In this document: piece by piece, positions 1 through 10,867 of the stretch
How positions within the stretch are numbered: position 1 is the stretch's first letter
Layout: each line of letters opens with the position of its first letter
Source: Amoeboaphelidium protococcarum X5
Lineage: Eukaryota > Fungi > Aphelidiomycota
Assembly (NCBI GenBank): GCA_023515725.1
Contig: JALDTO010000158.1
Coordinates: 1-64,000, forward strand
DNA: 64,000 bases
Direction of reading: 5' to 3'
Translations under genes and position numbers: made by a program
Notes under the pieces: model-generated
What the model was told of the DNA's origin: nothing
Databases searched by the model: none
Seen by the model: the letters and a program-made list of their open reading frames with translations, nothing else

Positions 1-1
1 T

Positions 2-937
2 CGTCAATTAAGAAGGCTGAACCTCTTTAGCAATCAAAGAGCAGTTGATATATAAAGAGTGTGTTAAATGGCCACCTCAGCTTTAGGATCACAGTTCAAA
101 ATTATGGTAGACTTCAATGGTACATTCTATCGCCATCTGCGCAGGATTTACAATCGCAGCAAGAATCCTCTCGAGGCTAGCATCCATCTCGTAAAGACAG
201 CGCTTCCTCTTAATTAAATGGTGATGGTTTAAGGTGAGGCTAGGCCAATAAAAGACATTGTCACATTGGTGTTTGAAGGAGAGCAGACTTGCGAGAAATC
301 TCAGACTTCTCTCAAACGCGTCAATGCCAGACTGAAACAAATTCTGAAACTGCGTAATTGTTTGGAAAATCTGCCGGTTGATAAGAAAGTGAGTAAAGCA
401 AAGTGGTGCATGATTGGAAAGCTTGAGCGCTCTACTTGGCATTTTAAGACTGATGACGCGTCAAATTTGTAGTAGGAGCTGATAATAGCAGGCTACAATG
501 TCGAAGTAGCGTGTGGAGAGGCAGATGTTCACATTGCCAAGTGTAAAGATCCAGTCGTCGCAGTTAGCTTTGATTCTGATCTGTTCATGCATAAGAATGT
601 CTTGGTAGCTGCAAAGCCAACATTTGACTGCGGATTATTGAAATTTTTTGTACTGGATAGGAAAGTGGTCTGCGATAAATTGAATCTGACAAATTCTGCC
701 TGGGTTGCGCTCGCAGTAGTATCAGGTAACGATTACTCTGACAATGTAAAAGGATTCGGTTTTGGGCGCAATTTGAAAATCATTCGTAAGCTGATGGAAG
801 CGGGTCATTCAGATGTTAAGAGTATCGTTAGTTAGTATCAGAGTGTAATGGAAGTTGGTCCCATATTCTGTCAGGCCTTGCGTGTGTTCGACTCTAATCA
901 AGAGAGTCTCATTGTTCAGTCCCTAGAGGGGGGGGGG
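2..937 (+). CDS. XPG/FEN1/Exo1-family 5' nuclease domain (PIN-like + H3TH), 5'-truncated by the window edge; N-terminal part of a probable PIN-Fanzor fusion
   Basis: Frame 2 has no TGA from 2 to 1051 with TAR=Gln. Motifs in order: IMVDFNG, LVFEG, EKSQTSLKR, ACGEADVHIA, VSFDSDLF, VSGNDYSDNVKGFG. These match the acidic active-site motifs and helix-3-turn-helix of FEN1/XPG nucleases. Confidence 0.85.
928..937 (+). repeat. G10 homopolymer at the PIN/Fanzor frame junction
   Basis: CTAGA-G10-ATCCG. G11 or G8 would fuse frames 2 and 1 (...SLEGGGDPNYK...). Confidence 0.9.
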
Positions 938-3432
938 ATCCGAACTATAAAAAGAATTCACTTGATAATCTGTTCAAGCCTGTGGAGGATGAAGTTTTCG
1001 TCTCTATGGGTACATTGGAATGGATTCGACGTGAAATATCTGCTAGCTCATTGACAGCTGCTCATCGTCAGTATCACGAAGTTTATGCCTTACTGAATCT
1101 TTATTCCAAGTGGCATGAAAGCGTCCTTTAGCTGAAATCTGTAAAATTGGATGCTTACTAAGAGTGGAAAATCTAAAGCCGTCAAGTTGGAAAGTCTCGT
1201 GAAGAGGTGTCTTATTTATCTCTTCAAGAAAGGTGGAAAGGCTACAATAGATTTCTGCCTCTTTATAAGAAGGAGTTTGTTGATGATCGATAAAGTGGTA
1301 CGTCTGTATAAAGCGGTGGGCGATATATGTTCCAGGAGGTTGAATGGAATCGCAAGTCTAAATCGGAAATACCTCAGCCAAAGAAGTAGACACCAAAGTT
1401 CATCCGTGATATTGAAAGTCATGAAGAACGCTAGGAGGAGAGTGATGATACTACTTAATCTGACGATATCGAGGTAGCTCCGCGTAAAAAGAGACGTGTT
1501 TAGTCCTCCCAGACAGCGAGACGTGGCAACTATCGTGCTAGCAGCTCTGTAACTCGCGATAAATGTGATGCGCGTTCAAGTGGTTAGAAGAGAATTAATA
1601 CTGAAGAGACCTTGCTAATGAAAAAGCTGAAAAGTGCTCATTCTATGTCTACTCTGGAGGTTGGATCGTTGAGAAAATGCCTTAGCAAGGGGTCTTTGTC
1701 GTAGTAGTTGTAAAAGTAATTGGCCGCTACAATTCAGACAGTGGTGAGAGACATTAATCTTCTAAAAAGAATGGCTTAATTAGGTGTGCAATGGTTTATT
1801 GGCATTATTTTGGAGTAATATCCTGATGAAATATCCTTATTAGATGATATCTGCTACTCTGACACTCCGGGATAGGGAGGTAGGAAGTTTTGGTAAGGCG
1901 TGATTAGATTTTTACGTAATGGCAGATCTAATGCAAGCCAAAAAGGTGCCGCTGTTCTCAAATTTGGGCAATTGCTTGGATAGTAGATGAATATCATGAA
2001 TGGTTTGGAGAGAAAATTTGATCGCACTTTAAACATTACGTAAATTGTGGACTAGCTTGCTATTTAGTTAGATTCTGAGTTTGCGTCTCAAGTAATTGGC
2101 AGAGTCGAACTGTTGGCTGCACAAGTACTGGAGCATGATCCTGAGTTACGCAGTAGAATTGAGGAAATTGACAAGATGCCATCTGTGTTTTAAAAGTTTT
2201 AGTCTTTGAACGACCTGCTTCCCAAGGAACGTCAATATGGGTATCCTTTGTCATCTCCGCAAGATTGTTATGTTACGTTTACCGAAAATTCAATGATGAT
2301 GCTACTTTAGAGTTCAATTATTAATAATCCATAGATGGAGTAAGAGCGCAAACAAGAGCTTCTTCGAGATCTGCAATGTTATTATAGTGAAGGTGGGTTG
2401 GTAAAGTAGAAAGGTCATACATTACGAGAATGCTATGGTATTAAATTGAAGAAGGGATTGCGACTGCTCAGTCAGTATATGCCAGAAGCATGTGATACTA
2501 CGCGTAAAATACTATCTAACACTTTCATAACTAACGGTAAAGTTTTAAAAGTTCACTTGATTGATATCAGACGTAAGTAGTAGGTGAGACGTCTTGCTGG
2601 AAGTTAAAGTGAAGGCTTGCTAGAGGCTGCTTAGAGAAAAAGACTGAGTAAAGTTACAATGCAGGTGTCTGACACTGTTAAAGTTTAGCCGGATAAACTC
2701 TCTGAATACTGGATTTGCTGTCTCGACATTGGCGAAAGATACACTGCTGGAGTTGTAGCTGTCAAAGGGCAAGGAGAATCGCGCATAATTAGAGCATTAG
2801 CTTTGAAATCTTCTGCAGTCAATGAGCCTGGACGTAAGTTTAGAAAGTATCACCAAGGTAGGCCATCTAATATTACTCAGTTAGAACGGTCTATGTATCG
2901 CGGAGAAGAAGAGTCAATGGAATGCTATTGGGAAAGGTACATTGATATCTATTAGCAGTTAAGGTCATATTATTCATCTGAAATACGGCAAAAGAGACAT
3001 TGGGACTTTAAAAAGGCATAAAGAGCAGAGTTTGATAGAGCTACCAATGCTATTCTAAAAATGGTTGATGCTAGCGTATTTTAGAAGTCAAACGGCCAAG
3101 TGGTGTTTGGTATTGGAAATGCTCAATTTGACAGTAAGCAGACTATTCATCTGTCATTTTAGCGCCACTTTGTACAGAAGGTGAAGTCTCTAGGCTATCC
3201 TGTTGTCTTTTTGAATGAGTACCTCACTTCTTAGAAGGCGCCATGTTGTGGCTGTGTTTGTGAGAGCTTTGGAATGAGAATCAAGTACTGTAGAAATTGC
3301 CACAAGTTTTATCATCGAGATATCATGGCAGCTGAAAATCTTACACAGGTCCTTATATGTCTGATATGCGATGAGCCTCGACCAAAATATCTGTGCAGCA
3401 AGAATCAAAGTCGATCTCAAGAATCAGAATGA
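937..3432 (+). CDS. Fanzor (eukaryotic TnpB/Cas12-like RNA-guided RuvC endonuclease); probably the C-terminal part of one ORF of at least 1140 aa with the upstream PIN domain
   Basis: Frame 1 is open for about 831 codons to TGA at 3430-3432. Motifs: TFITNGKVLKV, RuvC-I CCLDIGERY (D 2725-2727), VVFGIGNAQF (Gly at the canonical RuvC-II Glu position), shifted RuvC-II FLNEYLTSQK (E 3217-3219), Zn ribbon PCCGC...YCRNC, RuvC-III HRDIMAAENL (D 3319-3321), terminal RPKYL. Confidence 0.9.
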
Positions 3433-3590
3433 GCTCAAATGCTTGGTAGATTTTCAAATTATGCGGCTTGGCAAGCGCGCTCCAAAGTTACTTGGGATTT
3501 TGAATGATTTCATTTGACTCCTAGTATTAGTATTACATTACAGTTCATTTTTATGGACAGCTGCACGCGCAGTTATACTTGCTGTTTATC
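3431..3590 (+). ncRNA. Candidate Fanzor omegaRNA scaffold
   Basis: Immediately 3' of the Fanzor stop. Nested pairings: GAGCTCAAATG 3431-3441 with CATTTGACTC 3511-3520; TTCAAA 3453-3458 with TTTGAA 3499-3504; hairpins at 3463-3480, 3481-3497 and 3559-3574. Confidence 0.45.
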
Positions 3591-3639
3591 ATTACTTATA
3601 CTGTATTGCAATAATCAATTAATCCCATCTCACATGATT

Positions 3640-5448
3640 TCAACTTTAGGTTGACAATCTCGACATTGTTGTGGCAATCTTTTAAATATGAGTGTCTGGG
3701 AAGAACGTTCTAAGATCTTATCTATCCATAAGTTTAAGCCACGAGAATTCGTATTTCTTCATTTACCCAACACACAACTTGCCTTCAGAGGGGAGTCTAG
3801 ATGAGACAACAATATACTCAATAACGCCTGGGTAGTTACGAGGGGAAATCAACTGTTTCTGATCAGATATTCGAGCAGTACCTCCCATCCACTTTCCAAT
3901 TGAAGATAGTATTAACTCTACTCTACCTTAATTACTTAACAGGGGATATTTGGCTTTTGACACATCAACAGCAACTGTCACCTCGAAAAATAGCGTAAAA
4001 TCATTTCCACCAAAGAAGATGAAATCCAAGCGAGCTTCTCCATTAGCAGAGTGTGCGACCAAGGTACCCACAGGATAGTCTTTCCATGATTTCTTAGGCT
4101 GATCTGCGGGAATAGTTAGAAAATGACGGATTTGCATCACTCTCTGATCCCTGATCCCGGAGAGATCAGAATAATTTAGCGTAATAGGTCCGCGAAATTA
4201 TAGGAGATTGAGAGCATATAATTTTTCAAATGCCAACCCCACTTGACTGGCATTGTCGCTATCCAAATTTCTTAATTCATGAACTGTCTCATTACTCCAC
4301 GCGGCTCCGTCACCACTCAGAAAAAGCATCTTGAAGAAAACGTCAATTGCATTGGAGCTGAGGGGTAATACCCGGCCACCGCCATCGTACGCCAAGCCAA
4401 TATCAAAAAAGCGAAGGTCAATATCCCGTAAGCGAACATGTACTATAACAAAGAACTTTACAAGCGAGTCAAGTACAGGCTATATCAACTGAGGATACTT
4501 TGTCTAAAACTCTATGAATCTCCCTTCAAACTCAGCTTGCCGGCTGTCGGCAAAGTGTTCTAAAAGAGCAGATAAACTGATATCTCCTTTGCGTCTCTAT
4601 TCGTCACTTAACATCACCAATTCTCGGGGGATATCGCCAGTTAGGCTGCGGATCTCAGCTATATATTCTTCGGTGAAATCAGGTTGGTTGACAACGTTAG
4701 CAAATTACGGGGAATCAAACCATGATGCAACCTCAGCATCAGTAAGAGATCCTACATTCAGAACATAACGCTCGTGGCCAGCTCTCAGAGCGCGACGGAA
4801 AGGAGAGTCAGCCGTGGCTGTCACAAAGACACAGCCACGTTTAAAGTTTCTTGACCAGTCAATTAGCGAAAATGGAGGATCAATGAGCGGATTTACACCA
4901 TTGCCAAATAGAGCCTGGGTTTCATCAAAAGCTAAAATGACTTCAACATCCTTTTCTCTAAGTATATCGGACCGAAAATCAATAAATAAGTCTTGAAGAT
5001 ATTATAACGACAGCTTTTCCTTGCGGGTAGCTTCATCCCATGACGCGCGACTATTCGGGGGGAAACAGTATGCGTACTTCTTTCTAATATCAGGCCTGAC
5101 ATATTAAAGCCCAGCAAGCACAGCATCAAACAGATAAGCATACCAGAATGCAGGTGATGGGTGGCCAGATTTAAGCCAGTCATCGCACAGTGGAATGTAA
5201 ATGACAAACTATCCCTCCCCACGTGCTTTGTGCACAACATAGAACATGATTGCGCTTTTACCAATGCCCATGGGTCCAGCTAAATACACGCCGATGCGGC
5301 TCTGGTCTTTTACCGTGTCTTGCACGTATTTCCAAACGTCTTTAGCACATTACCTTTCAATAAACCCTTGATTGTCCCATGAGCTAAGTGCTTGTTTAGG
5401 AAGGAATTGTAAGTCTTCTGGAAGTGGAACGGTGATTCTTTCGCCCAT
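3640..5448 (-). CDS. P-loop NTPase + restriction-endonuclease-fold protein (Crinkler/RHS-type NTPase+REase architecture), 602 aa
   Basis: Intronless ORF with TAR=Gln. Walker A LAGPMGIGKS, Walker B VILAFDET, STAND-like TGDIPREL, then GLAFEK helix, ARLDFIFF and LFFEVTV (PD-(D/E)xK-like). Confidence 0.75.
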
Positions 5449-5662
5449 GCTTCTATATCGCGTGATGGGATAGTACAGTGATGACAATACGGCAAGGGCA
5501 GGTGGTGCGAGAAGATTGATTGATTGAGTCTGTTTTGATTCCACTAGAGAAAACTCGCAATCAAATAAACGAGCCACCTTCAAACGTTGTCCCTGTCTTC
5601 GTCGAGCAGTACGTTGAACTGTACATGAGAAAATAAAAATCAATTGGCACGAACCATCAATT

Positions 5663-7393
5663 ATGTCACGCTATTTCCGATAAGCGCCGAGTGCCCATGC
5701 GTCTCTAAACTTCCCAACTGAAGTATTCTAGACATGGTATAGTGGCGGCCAGGTGCTGATATATGAAATTTTTAAATACGGTAGATATAGCAGAAATGTG
5801 GCCTACTCTCACATGTTCAATCATCTGCACTATTGCCTCTTGAATAATTAGCTGGAAGATGCCAGGCGGATATTCTTGGAGCTGATCTTGCATCCGCCAA
5901 GGACTATCACGGAGCATATGATAAAAATTGGATTACAATTGGTAATGCAGGCGGGAATGCGCGATGCATCTCACTACGCCCTAAATGACAGTTTAAATGA
6001 TGATGATGATAACGATGATAACAATTAGCATGCAATAGAATTTAGCGAAGAGTCATAGAATGCTGTGCTTAGATATCTTTAGTGGTTGAGTACGTTGAGT
6101 CTCCGGCTGTTTCCGCGGGTGTCGCCAGCGCATGTCCTTCATGACCACTTTATTCTGGAGCGCGTCTTCTACCTACTCTTTTTCCATATGGACAAGGAAG
6201 CGTATGATTATATGGACTAGTGTTTGCATACTAGTCGCTGTGCATCTATACCGCTTCATAATACATATGGTGGAATGATTGCGTATTCGCTCAGTCGTGG
6301 AGATGTTGACAATGCCTACTTCCACAAAGCTAAGCAGTTGCTGGAGAAGAGTATCAATGAGTTGGGATTTTATGATTGCGCCACTGTATGCTGTTACATG
6401 GATCTTCTACTTGCTGAGAAGGATTATAAAGCACTTTGTGGATTTATCACAACTTTGTAATCGAAGAGTGAAGAGTCTATGTCATACTCTTCGTTAAAGT
6501 CTAGTGTAGTTAAATGGACATATGTGGAGATCTACAAAATCATTATGCTCATTTTGAATAGAATGGAAGACAACGCGTAATAGGAGGATAATTCTTATGA
6601 AATGGTTGCGATATCTAATGATGATACTCAGAATATTGATCTAGATTTATCGCTGGATGAAGCGAAAGCTTTATATGTTGGCGCGATGGTTGAGAGCATA
6701 AAAAGTGATCCTCAGGGTATAGACTGGATGGATTAGTTATAACCTTTCGTGAATGATTTTGTTGATACTGAGCATAGATCTGATGTTTTAGTATGTCTAT
6801 TGCATTACGTGGACTGTCTGCCTTTGGTGTGGTAATTATCTCCTGCTGATCTACAAATAAGATCACTTTCATAAAGACTAGAAGCTTAGTATCAAGTATG
6901 GTCTACTTTGTTCTTTTCCTATTTTTAATAAGCAGGAGAGGATTACATTTAATTTGTGGAAGAGATTGAGTAGCGACTTCGGTGGTGGACTAGAAAGTTT
7001 TTCAGATTAACATTATTGGATGAAGCTGAGCATTTGTAACGGTTAATGACGAAGTTGAGCGAGGGAAGCTCTTCCGCTGCCACTACTGATCCTGGTGTGG
7101 TTGTTGGTAATAATTTGGGTGATGATGATCTTATGGATTAGAGTGAACATATTGAACGCGCGTTACATCATTTGGTCAATATAACACTTGTCAAGTGTGG
7201 TATTCATTAACAACTACAACTGGCGTTCCCTGACCAAGTCAAAAAGTATCAACCACTACCATCAGAGTTGGAGTATATTGAGAATGATGAATAAAAGTCC
7301 ATGCAGTCGATGTTAGTTCAGAACCTTACATCAGAAGCTACCAGAGAACTTTGCACAATGCTGGATGTAGACATGAATTTGTATATAAGTTGA
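5663..7393 (+). CDS. Helical-repeat protein, probable RNA polymerase I core factor Rrn11/TAF1A-like, 576 aa
   Basis: ATG 5663 to TGA 7391-7393, open with TAR=Gln. LHYCLLNNQLEDARRIFLEL resembles the Rrn11 N-terminus and RLRWWTRKFF resembles the TAF1A C-terminal motif. Confidence 0.5.
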
Positions 7394-7509
7394 TCTGATT
7401 ATTAAAGTTTTTGTTTAGAAGCTGGTATTAGAGTAGTTATTAAAATATGATGATTTCTAACTGTAAAAGATGCGCAATTATCAAAGTTAATCGTTTTATA
7501 TAATTATAA

Positions 7510-8715
7510 TCACTTTCTCTATTGCAACTGACGCCAGTAATGAGTCTCCCCGAAAGTGGCAGGAGAATCGACAAATTCATCGCTTCTAAAGTGACGCACG
7601 AATCTGATCAAGAGAGCCTCTGTATTCTACGGTCTCAGACCAACATCCTGAAATTTACCTACAGAATACTCTTGGCCGCCAATCACAGTTGAAGCTTCGT
7701 GGATGGTATCAGAAATAGTTGCTCGATCAACATCGTGCTAATTGTAACGATTCAATGGATTGACGGCTGCAATCTGACCCATAATAGAGCGATACAGTTT
7801 GTGTGGGACATTCAGAGGGAAGTATGGACGGCGTGCATATTCGCAAAATAGTCTCACAAACTCACGATACACATAGCGATCAGGACCGTGGAATTCGTAC
7901 ACTTTATGAGGTTATTCCACATTCAGAATGTTGTAAATAGCGTGCGCAACATCTCCAACATACACAGGATTAAACTATCTTTCTCCGCCATGAACCATTG
8001 GAATATACCCACCAGTGGCCCATCTCTTGACAGGATGAGTAACCGTAGTGCCTAGGTACTGAGTCAATCTATCCTCCCAACCAAACATCTGCCCAGGACG
8101 TACGATAACAGCTCCCTCATGCTCCTTCAACACTGCCTCTTCACCGCGACCTTTGCTAGCATAAAACTAGGATGGGGACAAAGGATCGCTATTGAGAGCA
8201 GAGACATGAACAAATCTAGCCACGCCAGCTTCCCTGGCCACACGAGCGATATTACGCGCAGCATCAACGTGTACACCATCAAATGTGAAATTTCTAGTCT
8301 CATAATCACGACCCACCAGATTGAATACAGTATCAGAGTGTCTCATGCATTCCACCAGCGAGTCATCATCGCGACTATCAAATCGCAGAGGAACCACCTG
8401 GCCCAGATCTCCAGTCACCTTGAGATGACGAACATCTTCTGGGGATCCTCGGTACGCAACGACCACCTGCGATCCTCTCTTGGCCAACTGCTGAACCAGA
8501 TACCGACCAAGAAAGCCGGTACAGCCAAACACGGTAACTGTATGACCGCTATTAGACATTCTGCCACCACCGCCTTGCTTAATAAATTTACCCTTGAACA
8601 ACGAATCTCCAACAGTCAGTGCATTCGGAGCCACAGATTTTGATGATGCAGCCACCTAAGTTCCCTCTTGACTAGACACTTTAGTCGCCAACTATCTGCA
8701 CTATTTCAGAAACAT
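7510..8715 (-). CDS. NDUFA9: Complex I 39/40-kDa subunit (SDR family), 401 aa
   Basis: GGGGRMSNSGHTVTVFGCTGFLGRYLV, HLKVTGDLGQV, NLVGRDYETRNF; ATG 8715, TGA at 7510-7512. Confidence 0.95.
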
Positions 8716-9449
8716 TATTAAGGATAATCCTATGAATATATAATATTTTCCACTATGAAAACTCTCAAAAAGCAAAATAGTGCAGCTGCTCAGTTCTATC
8801 AAGAGGAAAGATTCAGAGAACTAGCAAACGGAAAGATGATCAAGCGAGCGAACGGACGGGCATTAATAAATAGCAACTCTCCCATCCTTATACGATGTTG
8901 GACGCGAACTAAGACCACAGTGTGAAGATGTAATGGGCGCGTTTCTGATGTAAAATTAGCGAAAACATTGTACAATGTATGCATTTAAAACATACAATAT
9001 ACGTAGATTTGCATATAATTAAGACAATACCAGTGATAATTCAGCTAAAAAAACAACATATTGACTGAGAACTACAATCTTATCATTATTATCTTGTCAC
9101 GGTAAATTAAATGAAAGATACTGAAAAGGTATTCACCCGAATGTCTGACTCTATGAGTGTTACGAAGAGAAGGAAGTGTATAGTCAGTTGAAATACCGTG
9201 CTATGATCTTTTGATACTGTACGTTCACAATCGGGAGAATTCTCAGACGTTTCAGATTACGAAACAGGTATATGTCTGTCCAACCTATCTTTGTCTGTTT
9301 GAGTGAGTGGGCTCGCGGGAAGAAGTGGCGTTTCAGATTCTCCATTTCTCTGTTCCTTTCCATTTCAGAGCACGTTCACGTTACCTCAACACTCTACTCT
9401 AGAGATTATTATAATTGCATCTAGCTCTTCCGTACGTTGATTTTCTGTA

Positions 9450-10568
9450 ATGAATTCTACTTCGGGCGCTGTGTTTGGTGGTTTTGCTGATCAATTACCG
9501 CCTAACTATGAGTAAGTATAATACTGTCAGTTTTTAATTCAACTTTGTGTGATTACGTAATGACAATGATGATAATAGTGTAGACTTACTTGGTTTGAAC
9601 AATTTTGGCTGGAATTGTACAAGGGACGTGATCCAATAGTGGTGACTACTATTCTATCCTTCACCATGCATGAGATTGCCTACTTCTGCAGATACTTGCC
9701 GTTCATGCTATGTGACTATATTCCTGCCTTGCGCAAGTACAAGATTCAAGACCGCGAGAATACACCAGCCTTGCTTTCAAAGTGTTTTCGCACCATCGTT
9801 ATTTAGCACTTGTTTGTGCAGTTGCCTATGCAAATTGGTTTTCATCCAACTGCCGAGGCTATGGGAATGAAAGTGACGCAAGTTCCTCTACCGTCCTGGT
9901 CCAGAATGATTATGGAGTCGTGTCTGTTTTTGGTGATTGAAGACTTTTATCACTATGTGTTTCATAGACTTTTGCACCATAAACTGATTTATAAGAAGAT
10001 TCACAAGGTTCATCATGAGTTCAGTGCCCCGTTTGGTATGACTGCCGAGTACGCTCACCCTGCCGAGACTCTGATTTTGGGTATAGGCACTATTTTGGGT
10101 CCTTTCATGTACGTGTTTGCCTTGAATCAACTTTGTCTGAGTGGAAAGGTCCCCGGTGATGGTTTACATATTCTGAGTGTTTTCTTCTGGGTGGTTGTTA
10201 GATTAGTTTAGGCAGTTGATGCTCACTCTGGTTACGATTTCCCATGGAGTTTACATAATTGGATGCCATTCTGGGCTGGTGCAGATTTTCACGATCATCA
10301 TCATATGGCGTTCTTGGGTAACTATGGCTCTAGTTTTAGAATCTGGGACTGGGCTTTCGGTACTGATAAGCGATATAAAGCATATAAAGCTGCGAAGAAG
10401 GCTGCGTCAATGAAGGGTGGTTATAAAGCAGTGGAAGTTACTGAGGATGAAGCGTACGGTTTTGTTTCAGCGGCGAAATCAGAGCCATCGGCCGCTGACG
10501 GTAAGAGCATTGGCGATGAATCTGACGTGAGTAATGTTGTCCTCTCTGGTCACGCAAAAGAAGAATGA
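9450..10568 (+). CDS. ERG25: C-4 methylsterol oxidase; intron 9512-9583
   Basis: His boxes HRLLH, HKVHH, HDHHH; RLV(TAG=Q)[12 protein letters not shown]; GTAAGT...TAG intron restores the frame. Confidence 0.95.
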
Positions 10569-10867
10569 TTAAGAAAGTGTGTCTGGTAGTAACTTATATC
10601 TTGTTGTTTTGCCTTTATAATTTTATCATCATCAAACGTAATGTACCTTTGAGCCTTAATAAAAGTTTCTTACAAGTACAGCTTTCGCATTGCAGTTACC
10701 AGCCTTTATTGGTTGCCATGATGTCAAAAATAGATCACCTTTAACTTGGATACCAGATGGGAACTATCAGTGGTATATTTTTATATATTTATTTATTGCT
10801 TGTACTAAGTATTTCAGCCAACAAAGATTAATAGTGACTTGCACAATATTAAAAGTGACTTTGAATA

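Noticed and set aside
1151-1477. 108-aa plus-strand ORF inside the Fanzor region
   Set aside because: Different frame from the long TGA-free Fanzor frame and no recognisable motifs.
3433-3640. CRISPR-like array next to the RuvC nuclease
   Set aside because: Only short degenerate AT-rich repeats and no repeat-spacer periodicity. No CRISPR array, tRNA or rRNA gene was recognised anywhere in the window.
5449-5643. N-terminal extension or Crinkler header for the NTPase-REase gene
   Set aside because: The upstream in-frame stretch has no ATG, lacks an LFLAK-type or ubiquitin-like pattern, and overlaps the divergent promoter of the next gene.
8119-8643. 174-aa plus-strand ORF (also 55571-56173, 56282-56650, 35594-36037, 17477-17869, 39779-40108)
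   Set aside because: Antisense shadows of well-supported genes (NDUFA9, eIF4A, the secreted protein, GH20, ATG8).
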